A DNA stretch of 64,000 nt, taken from a virus. Lineage: Duplodnaviria; Caudoviricetes. The notes under the pieces were generated by a model. That model saw nothing but the letters and a program-made list of their open reading frames with translations. It was not told the origin of the DNA and ran no database searches. Below, piece after piece: positions 39,665 to 48,629 of the stretch. Location: positions 1 to 64,000 of IMG/VR virus record IMGVR_UViG_3300010270_000394. One strand, 5' to 3'. Position 1 is the stretch's first letter. The number at the start of each line of letters is the position of its first letter. The translations under genes and the position numbers were made by a program.

Positions 39665-40070
39665 GTAGAGGCTGCCGGATATTGCAATTCTCCAACAGCA
39701 TACCCTTGTCTGCCGTCGAAAGTGTTTATGGCTGTACGGGCGCATAAACAGCATTTCAACGTACTTCCTGCACTTGGGATGGCAAGGACTCCCTCGATAC
39801 TCTTCATAGACCGAAAACACTTATCCGCGATATAAGACTCACGCGATAACGCTGCTAAAACTCTCACAGCTTTGAAGGATTTTTCCATTGTGCAGATGGC
39901 GGCGTTCACTCTGCCGTGCTATGGATAACAGCTCGACGATGTATCCGGAAGGAGGTGAGACACATGGATTCGTCAAGAGAAAGGAGAACAAGATGTCAGA
40001 ACAAGAGAAGAACCGTCTGATCTTTTTTGATGATTTGTCGCTCGGCAAAGCGATTCGAGCTGCTATCCAG

Positions 40071-40146
40071 TGGTGCGTCAGGAGAGGATCGAACTCTCGA
40101 CTTACAGATTAAAGGTCTGTTACTCTGCCAACTGAGTTACTGACGC
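40071..40146 (-). tRNA. tRNA-Lys(TTT) with C33
   Basis: Full 76 nt cloverleaf, loop CCTTTAA, CCA end. Confidence 0.9.
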
Positions 40147-40152
40147 ATATAG

Positions 40153-40226
40153 AACAGAAGGCAAGAATCGAACTCGCGCATAGCAAGCCGTTTATGCTTG
40201 CCGTGTTACCACTTCACCACTTCTGT
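40153..40226 (-). tRNA. tRNA-like gene with aberrant extended anticodon arm, no encoded CCA
   Basis: Acceptor, D and T arms intact; GCAAGC-ATAAACG-GCTTGC. Confidence 0.6.
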
Positions 40227-40230
40227 TCTT

Positions 40231-40321
40231 TGGCGCAAGAGGCAGGATTTGAACCTACAACGGAGTTGATCAGACTCCACCGCTCACTTCGCGGCGCGTT
40301 TAACCATTTCGCCACTCTTGC
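40231..40321 (-). tRNA. Type II (Ser-like body) tRNA with non-canonical anticodon loop
   Basis: Long variable arm GGAGT/ACTCC, G73-CCA, loop GAAGTGA without U33. Confidence 0.7.
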
Positions 40322-40409
40322 GTATGGCGGCTGCGTCCCCGAAAACAACCGTCATACCGAAAAGGAGGGAAAACTTTCCAAAACCGGTTAAAAACCGAGA
40401 ATTGGCAAA

Positions 40410-41189
40410 TCAGGAAATCTTTGTCGCATTATCATCGTTGGTAAGCGCTGGAAATTTGAAATCCTTGAACCGCTTGAGCTGCGACTTGCTCAATCGCGGA
40501 GAAACAATCTTGAAATTCTTGATCATGTGATCCGAAACGACCACTACCGGAATTTGAGTCATTCCCATCATGCGATAGATCAGATAACTTGTATAACCGT
40601 CAAACAGCGTTCCATCGCTCTTGATGAAGATTTCCGTATCACACTTGCCGTTCTTTTTGAATTCTTCCAGACGACGGTTGAGCTTTTCCGTGTTCGGAAT
40701 CGTCCGCGCAAATGCCTCCGTGATATGGATTTTCTCTGCACCGATATTAAGACGCGGGAGATTCAGGAAAACGCAGTCACACGACGCGGCAGCTTTATCG
40801 ACATAGAGTTGATTCGCCTCAAACTGAAGGACTTCTCCGACTTCCGTTTGAACAAAAAACATAGCGATTTCGTCATCCATTGTCTTATCGAAAGTCATCG
40901 AAATAATCTTGCCGCACTTGACACCGTAGATCAGGTAGTTCGGCTTGAGTCTGCCCTTGCCGCCACAATGCGGACATTCGTGTTCTGCACTGATGATCAC
41001 AGGCTTTTCCGGATCGAACATATTCATCACCATTGCATAGCGGAACTGCGGATCGGAGAACTCATATTTGTTCAAGCTCCGGTAGAACTTCTTTTTGCCA
41101 GTCCCCTCACAGAGCCAACACGGTACGCTGGATTGACGCGCAAGATAAAAAACGCTTTGTCCGATTTCAAAATCAGTTTTGAACTCCAT
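40410..41189 (-). CDS. Hypothetical protein with CxxCxGxG zinc finger and ParB-like C-terminus
   Basis: CWLCEGTG, CPHCGGKG, LFDGYTSY. Confidence 0.65.
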   Translation of the reverse strand: MEFKTDFEIGQSVFYLARQSSVPCWLCEGTGKKKFYRSLNKYEFSDPQFRYAMVMNMFDPEKPVIISAEHECPHCGGKGRLKPNYLIYGVKCGKIISMTFDKTMDDEIAMFFVQTEVGEVLQFEANQLYVDKAAASCDCVFLNLPRLNIGAEKIHITEAFARTIPNTEKLNRRLEEFKKNGKCDTEIFIKSDGTLFDGYTSYLIYRMMGMTQIPVVVVSDHMIKNFKIVSPRLSKSQLKRFKDFKFPALTNDDNATKIS

Positions 41190-41263
41190 AGCGAATCCTT
41201 TCTTGTAAATGTTGTTATGTTGTCTTTAGGAATGCCGGTCATCACCGGCTCTTTTCACTTGAC

Positions 41264-41292
41264 ATTATACTTGTAATTCTTGTTATTGTCAA
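41264..41292 (-). promoter_or_regulatory. Consensus sigma-A promoter with the repeated motif as spacer
   Basis: TTGACA-ATAACAAGAATTACAAG-TATAAT. Confidence 0.88.
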
Positions 41293-41431
41293 GAGCTTTT
41301 TTGAAAATTTCCGAAAAATTCTTCAAGATCGGTTTTTCACGGCGAAACGGGCAATCACGCAAACACATGACGCAGCGCTGTCCGCAGGAATGATCCGCGC
41401 TTGGATAAATACCGGCGACCGGCTGCATGGT

Positions 41432-42073
41432 TTAATCTCCGTATGGGCTTCCCCACTGGAAATCCCACTCAACACGATAGCCGTCCGAATTGAACTTATA
41501 GAAATGATTATGTACGCCGTCACCGTAGAAATACTCATAATCCACCGGCAACACACGACCGACATCCTCCGAGCCGTTACGCTCCGCGTTCCAGCGTTCC
41601 AGAACGTCATAAGAAAGTTCAAGCAGATCATCCCACACGGGAGAGCTGGAACGATAGGCAAACTGGTTCTGCTGCGTCAGAATTTCCGCAATGGTATCGG
41701 GAAACTCCGGATCATCAATGCGATTGAGCGCCGTCCAAACAACAGCGGCTTTCTCTGCTTTGCTCGGTACGCCGCGACATTCCGCATACATTAATTTTGC
41801 AAGCATGATCGCGTCATCATCCGTATAATACTTGACAGGTTCAGGCTCGGCTTCCGGCTGCGGCTCTTCCAGTTCGATCATTGCAGAACTGTACTGTACG
41901 AGACTTTCCATTGTCGGCATGGACTCCTGCGCCGCCTTCAGCTCGTCTACCTGTGTCTGCAAAGACCGAATCTTCAAGTTGTTGATCATGATTCCGGTCA
42001 TGAGGACTGCCATAAATACCATAATAGCAAGCACCTCATAAAAGATTTTACACTGTTTTCTTCGTTCTGTCAT
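41432..42073 (-). CDS. SleB/Hydrolase_2-family cell wall hydrolase with N-terminal TM helix
   Basis: LAKLMYAECRG, VVWTALNR, FPDTI, NQF. Confidence 0.82.
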   Translation of the reverse strand: MTERRKQCKIFYEVLAIMVFMAVLMTGIMINNLKIRSLQTQVDELKAAQESMPTMESLVQYSSAMIELEEPQPEAEPEPVKYYTDDDAIMLAKLMYAECRGVPSKAEKAAVVWTALNRIDDPEFPDTIAEILTQQNQFAYRSSSPVWDDLLELSYDVLERWNAERNGSEDVGRVLPVDYEYFYGDGVHNHFYKFNSDGYRVEWDFQWGSPYGD

Positions 42074-42103
42074 TTTTCCATAGTCTCCTTCTTGTAATTA
42101 TTG

Positions 42104-42964
42104 TTATTCAAGTCCAATGAGACGATTAATATACTCCGGCTGTTGATGAAAAATCGGAATATCATAATCAATTACCCACTTGTTGCGAGTGAGAACGTTT
42201 TCTCCATCGGTCTGTGCAACTCCATTATGGACAATCGGCATTGGCTTTTTGATGCAGCATACGCCGCGCTTGCTCCGCGTTGTATAGTTGTTCCAGTTGA
42301 TTCCCTTCTCCACGAAAAGCATTTCCTGAATATCGTTACAGGATTTTCCATGAAGCTGCTTGTGAGAGAAATTTGCCTGACCGACCATCTGAATACTGTT
42401 GCGCGTTGCGTCCTGTTGCCGCCATTCCAGCACATTCATCACGTCATCGCACGGAACGTTAAATACGCGGGAATCAAACAACGCTCCGCGATCCAACGCT
42501 TTATTGTAAGCGACGCATATACATTCCTCTACTGCAAACGTGTTTTCCGGATAATCCATTTTCATATCAAGAATACGTTCGTTATGTGACGCAACACATT
42601 TTGCAAACGCACGATTGAATGCCAAAGTCGCCATCGACGCGGAAATACTGGTAATTTTTTCCACATTATAGTCAAACCACGCATCCGAGGTCAAAGTCTG
42701 ATAGTCGATCAGAACAAGCGTGATCTCGTCAGACTGTGTATAGCCGAGGACGCAGCCCTGAATGTTCTCGCAGAGATATTTCATCGTATCTTCCATCGCG
42801 TTCATCAAAACAAAATCAAACGGTTTTTGAAAACCGCGCGTGAACGTGTGAAACGCCTTGCCGTCCAGACGGATAATCACCGGTACGCGGCGCGTCAGGA
42901 ACACCTTCGGCACTGCTTCATAGGTTTTCATCCGATCTCCAAGACTGTCGTGCTTATTGCTCAT
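42104..42964 (-). CDS. tRNA(His) guanylyltransferase Thg1-like
   Basis: RMKTYE, RLDGKAFH, YTQSDEI, FDSR, WRQQDATRNS. Confidence 0.93.
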   Translation of the reverse strand: MSNKHDSLGDRMKTYEAVPKVFLTRRVPVIIRLDGKAFHTFTRGFQKPFDFVLMNAMEDTMKYLCENIQGCVLGYTQSDEITLVLIDYQTLTSDAWFDYNVEKITSISASMATLAFNRAFAKCVASHNERILDMKMDYPENTFAVEECICVAYNKALDRGALFDSRVFNVPCDDVMNVLEWRQQDATRNSIQMVGQANFSHKQLHGKSCNDIQEMLFVEKGINWNNYTTRSKRGVCCIKKPMPIVHNGVAQTDGENVLTRNKWVIDYDIPIFHQQPEYINRLIGLE

Positions 42965-43196
42965 AGTTTTCCTCACTTTCAAATCCAGCAATGACACATT
43001 GCATTATTTGTTGCTCTTTTTTCTTTTGTCGATATAGATTTGCTTGTCGCAGTTGATTTTTCTCTGCGTCATGCAGCATTTTCACAAGAATATCAATTGC
43101 TTCTTCCTCGTCTTTATTATTGTATCCAACGTGAAAATTCTCCATCGCTTCAATCGCCATGTTTAACGCAACAATTTTCTTTTTACTCAAGTACAT
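42954..43196 (-). CDS. Hypothetical protein
   Basis: GAGG RBS, co-oriented. Confidence 0.55.
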   Translation of the reverse strand: MYLSKKKIVALNMAIEAMENFHVGYNNKDEEEAIDILVKMLHDAEKNQLRQANLYRQKKKEQQIMQCVIAGFESEENYEQ

Positions 43197-43388
43197 GGTT
43201 ATTCCCTCACAGCGAAGCGATATACAAATTAGCAACTTGTTTCATAGTCAAATCCTGAAAAAGCCCATCGTCTTTTGCCGCTCTCGCAAGTCCAAGAATG
43301 AACCCATACAGCAAATATAGTTTTTCGTTATCTGTCACATTCAATCACTTCCTTGTAATTATACTTATTGGAGTAAAAAACACTACTC

Positions 43389-44207
43389 CTATTCGTATTG
43401 CTGAAGCATATTCTCCACCTTGGAGATTTGCGCCTGATCCATGATGCGACCGCCGCGATTGAGCATCAGGAAGAGGTTGAGAATGTCCTTTTTCTCCGCG
43501 TTGCGAACTTCCGCGACGGAAATATTGTGATTCTTGAACGTGCATTTATCCGTTCCGGAAAGCTGCGAGAAGGTCTTGCCGCGATAGGTGATCCTGTCCT
43601 CGTAGAATTCCAGAAGCGTATTCAAGCGCTGCTTGCCGTCCAGAATTTCATAGGAATATCCGTCTGCTTTCCAATCCGTATCGCTGCGATGGATCAGGAC
43701 AAATTTTCCAATGTCGATGTTCTTGAAAACGCTGTCCAAAAGATACTCTTTGTCCGCGCCGTTCCAAACAAAGTCACGCTGATAGTCCGGATTCATCTGG
43801 ATTCCAAAGAAATAAGCGCGATGAAGCAGGGATTCAATGGTCTGATTGTTAAAATTCAGGCGAATATCGTCATTTTCCGTGAATTTCGTGTCCTCAATCG
43901 CTTCGCGGGAGCGGACTTCCATCCATCTTGCAAGGCGATAGGTGTTATAAGTATAGGGGTGTCCGTAGTTGTTGTTCGTCGCTTCGCAGTACAGAAGATA
44001 GGCTTTTCCATCTGCAAGAACTTCTTCCACGACCGCGCTGTTGAGCGCTCCAAAAAGAACCGAATCTCCAACATTGAAATAATACATCGGTTCTGGCGTG
44101 AATTTGATCTCCTGCTCCAACTCACGATAACAATGCTGTTTTTCCTGCGCGAGTCGTTCTTCCGGAGTAAGCGGTTTCTTTTCAACTTTTCGTGCCATTA
44201 TTGCCAT
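43389..44207 (-). CDS. DUF262 (GmrS/ParB-like) domain protein
   Basis: PDYQRDFVW, ILDGKQRL, FLMLNRGG. Confidence 0.85.
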   Translation of the reverse strand: MAIMARKVEKKPLTPEERLAQEKQHCYRELEQEIKFTPEPMYYFNVGDSVLFGALNSAVVEEVLADGKAYLLYCEATNNNYGHPYTYNTYRLARWMEVRSREAIEDTKFTENDDIRLNFNNQTIESLLHRAYFFGIQMNPDYQRDFVWNGADKEYLLDSVFKNIDIGKFVLIHRSDTDWKADGYSYEILDGKQRLNTLLEFYEDRITYRGKTFSQLSGTDKCTFKNHNISVAEVRNAEKKDILNLFLMLNRGGRIMDQAQISKVENMLQQYE

Positions 44208-44518
44208 CCTTCCTTTGCGCGGCGTTGTATAAAATCTTTCAAATCCTGCAAAGCGATTTCGGATTTTTCCTTACACTCAAGAATATAATCGTCGTCAATC
44301 TCGCCTGTTCCGATTCTATTTTTCCATCGCTGATAGGTGCAAAGACTTGTCAAAAATTCCTGCGACTTAAAGATGATATATTCACAATCCCGCACACCGA
44401 CACGATATATTCCGACATCTGTTACAACAGGACTGACTTCCGGAACTTGTTTCATCAAATCTGCAAGTTCCATCAGTTTTTCCATTTCCACTTGCGTCAT
44501 GTAAATTTCCTCCCGCAA
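44198..44518 (-). CDS. Hypothetical protein
   Basis: Tightly packed co-oriented ORF. Confidence 0.55.
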   Translation of the reverse strand: MREEIYMTQVEMEKLMELADLMKQVPEVSPVVTDVGIYRVGVRDCEYIIFKSQEFLTSLCTYQRWKNRIGTGEIDDDYILECKEKSEIALQDLKDFIQRRAKEGWQ

Positions 44519-44682
44519 CGCGGACAGTAATCCACATTGAACCGAATCGTGTAGTCATGTGCCGTGACAAGAATTTCTCCGTGACTATCCACAAAGGCGT
44601 TATTTTCGTTGTTCGCCCAAAAAAGTGCAAGATCACCTTGACAGCATGAACAGTTCGGCTTGTTTTCTGAATTTTCCATCAC
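44497..44682 (-). CDS. Small zinc-finger protein
   Basis: CSCC...YCPRCGRKF. Confidence 0.65.
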   Translation of the reverse strand: MMENSENKPNCSCCQGDLALFWANNENNAFVDSHGEILVTAHDYTIRFNVDYCPRCGRKFT

Positions 44683-45044
44683 AGCACCGCTTTCAGTTCA
44701 TTGATGATGATGCTGAACGCATGGGAAACTTCCACGCTGATTTTTCCGTCGATCCTTGCGTCTCGAATCTGCGTAGCTATGCGCTGCAACTGCTCCTGAT
44801 CATGACAGGCTGCGAGATCAGTCAAAAAGTCTTTCATTTCGTTCATGATTAATCTCCTTTCAACTTATCGAACATATTGATTGCATAAACAATATCCAAC
44901 AGTTCGTCACGCACCTCAATGATTTCTCCGTTTTCGTAGTCATCCGCTAATTTCCGGAGCATGGCAGTAATTTCCTCGTCGTCCAATTGTCCTTTGACAG
45001 TCATGTACTTCATGTACTTGCTCATGATGATTTCTCCATTTCCA

Positions 45045-45332
45045 TCAATACTGATCTTCTTTGGTACAGATTTGGAAAATAAGAATGTCAATTCCTGTGT
45101 TTGCAATATGATATGGCTTGATACCACGAACTTGTGAAGCGAACCACCTGCCGTCCCTATACGATTTTCCGGAAACCTGATCGTCAAAAACAACTGTTCC
45201 CTTTGAACAATCCGGCGTATCGTCATTGGAAAGTTCATAAGAATTGGGATAGTCAACGATCCGAATGTACTCATTGCCTCGAATGATATAAGTGATCGTT
45301 TCGATCGCGACTTTACTTGCGATACGTTTCAT
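45045..45332 (-). CDS. Hypothetical protein
   Basis: AAGGAG RBS. Confidence 0.6.
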   Translation of the reverse strand: MKRIASKVAIETITYIIRGNEYIRIVDYPNSYELSNDDTPDCSKGTVVFDDQVSGKSYRDGRWFASQVRGIKPYHIANTGIDILIFQICTKEDQY

Positions 45333-45396
45333 TGTTTTTCTCCTTTTTCAGTAATCGTACACACAAAAGCGAATTGTGTGAATGAATTCTCCAAAA

Positions 45397-46770
45397 TCAG
45401 CTCTCAAACAATAAGCCCTTTGCTATTTCCAGCAACGCTTCCCGTTCGTTCGGAATTATATCATCAATAACCAATGTAAGCAAGTTTTTCAGGCAATAGC
45501 CAATCTGCCGTCCTTCCGAAGCGCCAATCGCTATCAGATCACGTCCATTGACTGCCAAATCCTTGAGCTGGAAACAGTCTTGATCCGCTTTAATTTCCTC
45601 AATCAACGCAAAGATGTCATTTTTCCAAATTCTTTCTGTTTCCTGCGGTACTTGCGCCTTTTTGTCCGCGTCCTGCACTTCCAGAAGGCGTTTGAACTGT
45701 TCCTCTCCGAGATTGTTGAGTCTGCGGCGCACAATTGCCTTGCGCGGCGGCGTTTCCATGTCGTGAAAGCGGACGAGCTGCGTCACCGCATCCACGGTTT
45801 TGTTGTCATAGCGCAGTTCGCGCAGTCGTTTTTCCGCGATCTCCGCGCTGACTTCCGCGTGTCCGTAAAAATGACCGATTCCGTTCTCTATACTGAAAGT
45901 CTGCGGTTTTCCGAGATCGTGAAACAAGAGCGCAAGACGAGTAATCAAGTCCTGCGGCGCTTCCGAAATCGCCATGACGGTATGATGCCAAACATCCAAA
46001 TAGTGATGCGGATTGTGCTGCTGGAAGTTTACAGTTTGTGAAATTTCCGGCAAAAAGACGGAAAACACCGGAGCGCCGTACAGAATGATTCCATAGGCAT
46101 ATTGCGACACAAGAATTTGATTGAGTTCCGCTTGAATCCGCTCAGACGATACGTTCCGAAGGAGTTCTTTATTCGTCTGGATCGCCTTTGCCGTTTTTGT
46201 TTCCAATCCAAAACCGAATCTTGCCGCGAAACGCAAGGCGCGAAGAATACGGAGAGCATCTTCCTGAAAGCGGTCGTTCGCGTTTCCGACGCACTTGATA
46301 TAACAGTCCTCTAAATCGCGCTGACCGTGGAACGGATCAATGATTTTTCCGTCAAGTCCCGCCGCCATTGCGTTCATGGTGAAGTCACGGCGCTTCAAAT
46401 CTTCCGTCAAATCTCCGGTAAACTCCACCGAATCCGGATGGCGATGGTCTGAATAGTCTCCGTCCTTCCGAAATGTCGTGATCTCATAGGGTTCGCCGTC
46501 CAGCATGATCGTCAGCGTTCCGTGCTTGAGTCCGGTTTCAATGACTTTGTATTCAACAAAGACTTCCTTCATCTGCTCCGGCTGCGCGTTGGTACAAATA
46601 TCCCAATCGTGCGGCGTAATGCCAAGAATACTGTCGCGGACGCAACCGCCGACCACATACGCCTGATAACCGGATTTTTCCAGTTTTTCCATCAGCAAAC
46701 GCGGCGACTTTGGAATGTCGATTTTGGTTTTCTTCATGAGATCATACCCTTTCGGTGGCAGTTTCGCCAT
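45397..46770 (-). CDS. cca: CCA tRNA nucleotidyltransferase with HD domain
   Basis: VGGCVRD, DWDI, RRDFTMNA, EDALRILRALRF, HDLGK. Confidence 0.93.
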   Translation of the reverse strand: MAKLPPKGYDLMKKTKIDIPKSPRLLMEKLEKSGYQAYVVGGCVRDSILGITPHDWDICTNAQPEQMKEVFVEYKVIETGLKHGTLTIMLDGEPYEITTFRKDGDYSDHRHPDSVEFTGDLTEDLKRRDFTMNAMAAGLDGKIIDPFHGQRDLEDCYIKCVGNANDRFQEDALRILRALRFAARFGFGLETKTAKAIQTNKELLRNVSSERIQAELNQILVSQYAYGIILYGAPVFSVFLPEISQTVNFQQHNPHHYLDVWHHTVMAISEAPQDLITRLALLFHDLGKPQTFSIENGIGHFYGHAEVSAEIAEKRLRELRYDNKTVDAVTQLVRFHDMETPPRKAIVRRRLNNLGEEQFKRLLEVQDADKKAQVPQETERIWKNDIFALIEEIKADQDCFQLKDLAVNGRDLIAIGASEGRQIGYCLKNLLTLVIDDIIPNEREALLEIAKGLLFES

Positions 46771-46814
46771 TTTCCCAAGATTTGTACCCGTTCGGGTGCT
46801 TCTTGTAAAATGAC

Positions 46815-47915
46815 TTATGTTCTGTAATCAAAAACGCAGTTTCCGCGCGGTCTTTCATTTTCAGGCTTCGGATAGTAACCAAACCAAGTTTTCCAAGTTG
46901 CGTTCATGACTACGGATGAATTGACCGCCATGACAAACTCTTCGATCTGCTTATAATCCGGTTTCGGCGGCAAGGATGTGTTTTCCTTCGCGTAGTGCAA
47001 ACGCTTTTCGTATTCGTCCACCATTTGATAGAACTCGTCGCGGAACGTGCCGTCCGGTTTCTGGAATTCTCCGGCGCGGATGGACAAAAGAAGCGGGATG
47101 TCGTGTTCTCTGTATGTAATGATTTCTTCCTTTTCCAGAATATCCAGACACATGAGATAGAGACGGATCAAGTGCATGGCGTGTTTGTTCAAATGCGCGT
47201 CGTCCTTCTTGTGGTTTCTCCGGTTGATTTTTCCGTAGTCCTTGACGATGTTGTTGAGATCGCTCCAAATGTTTTTATAGTCGCGGAGCGGATAATGCTT
47301 CAGGTTCACGTCCACAAAGATTTCCGAATCCAAATCCTCATGCTCCGATTTGTCCACATAGAGTTCCATGCCGCCGTTCTCGAATTCTCTGTATCGTCCG
47401 TTGAATTCCAACATGGATGCCTGACAGGAGGACAAAATCTGCGCTTCCTTGTCCATCTGCGCGAATCGGTCACGCGCAAGCGCGGCTTGCAGTCTGCGGA
47501 GCTGCTGCATGGCGTAACCGCCAAAGGACGCGACTGCTTTCTGCGAGAGAAAGAGCTTGCGTTTTTCCAACATCTGCCGTCCGATGGGAGAAAAGAAGAT
47601 GTAGGAATCCGGTCTGCAACCAAGCATTTCAATTACGTTTGGATTGCAGTTTTCCAAGAGAGTTATCAGCTTATTAAAGGAATACACAACGGTATCCGTC
47701 TGATTATCTATGACCTGTTCAAAGTTGGTTCTTCCAATCAAATCACTCACGGAATTTAGCGCACAACCGCGCACGTCCACGTCCGATCCTTCCACATTTG
47801 TTCCGTAAGCGTGACTACCGCCGAACGTCACAAAGAGCATGGTTTCTCCAAGATGGGGATTTGTCTTGAGGAAGTCATATTCCGGCTGCGAAACAACATT
47901 TTGAATATCAATCAT
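46815..47915 (-). CDS. Phage nucleotidyltransferase (Pol-beta superfamily)
   Basis: GGSHAYG...SDVDVRG, NPNVIE, KHAMHLIRL, IRAG. Confidence 0.88.
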   Translation of the reverse strand: MIDIQNVVSQPEYDFLKTNPHLGETMLFVTFGGSHAYGTNVEGSDVDVRGCALNSVSDLIGRTNFEQVIDNQTDTVVYSFNKLITLLENCNPNVIEMLGCRPDSYIFFSPIGRQMLEKRKLFLSQKAVASFGGYAMQQLRRLQAALARDRFAQMDKEAQILSSCQASMLEFNGRYREFENGGMELYVDKSEHEDLDSEIFVDVNLKHYPLRDYKNIWSDLNNIVKDYGKINRRNHKKDDAHLNKHAMHLIRLYLMCLDILEKEEIITYREHDIPLLLSIRAGEFQKPDGTFRDEFYQMVDEYEKRLHYAKENTSLPPKPDYKQIEEFVMAVNSSVVMNATWKTWFGYYPKPENERPRGNCVFDYRT

Positions 47916-48600
47916 AGTTTCGTCCTCGTATCGTACTTGATTTCCGCAAGCTGCTCGTTCGCTCTCTGCAATTCTCCACGGATCAGCCGCGCTTCCGCAA
48001 GAAGGTCTTTCAATACAACGGTGAGTCTCGTCAACTGTTCTTCCATATTCTGTCCATTTCCTTTCTGATCATCTGATCCATATAAGTTCTGGCTTCCGCA
48101 AAGGTCATCCGGCGCGGCGCTTCATACATGGTAATGTCCTTTCCGACTTGAACCAAACCATGACGAAAATCCTCGCGTGTTTCGTCGCTGTATCTGTCCA
48201 CCCACATCATCGGCGTGTCCAAGTGGCGCTTGTTTCCGTATGTTGTCCATTTGATTTCCTTGCGCCGCTCCGCAATATAGTCCTCGACATCGCAAAGGTT
48301 GAACGTTTTTCCGTCCGGAAGTCTGACTGGATATTCGTTGCGCTCTAATTTTTCCAGAATGTCAAGCGCGTCTTGATACGGAACATCTGTTTTTCCGGCA
48401 AACTGGAATCTGTCGCGCTTGCAACCATGCAAATATTCAAGTTTTTTGTTCCATTCGGCTTGCTCTTTCTGTCTGCGTTCCGCGTCAAAATCTGTATGAA
48501 TCAGCGCCCAAACACAGACGATGAATCCAGCAAAAAGGAGTAGCGTAATTATTACAGTGATTACGTTCATAATCTCTCCAAAGCAAATAATGATATTTGC

Positions 48601-48629
48601 ATTATACTTGTATTTGTTGTTATTGTCAA
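48601..48629 (-). promoter_or_regulatory. Consensus sigma-A promoter with the repeated motif as spacer
   Basis: TTGACA-ATAACAACAAATACAAG-TATAAT. Confidence 0.88.

Noticed and set aside
39432-40048. ORFs 39538-39909, 39839-40048 and the 5' extension of 39432-39701
   Set aside because: They overlap tRNA or structured RNA sequence, or lack a convincing RBS
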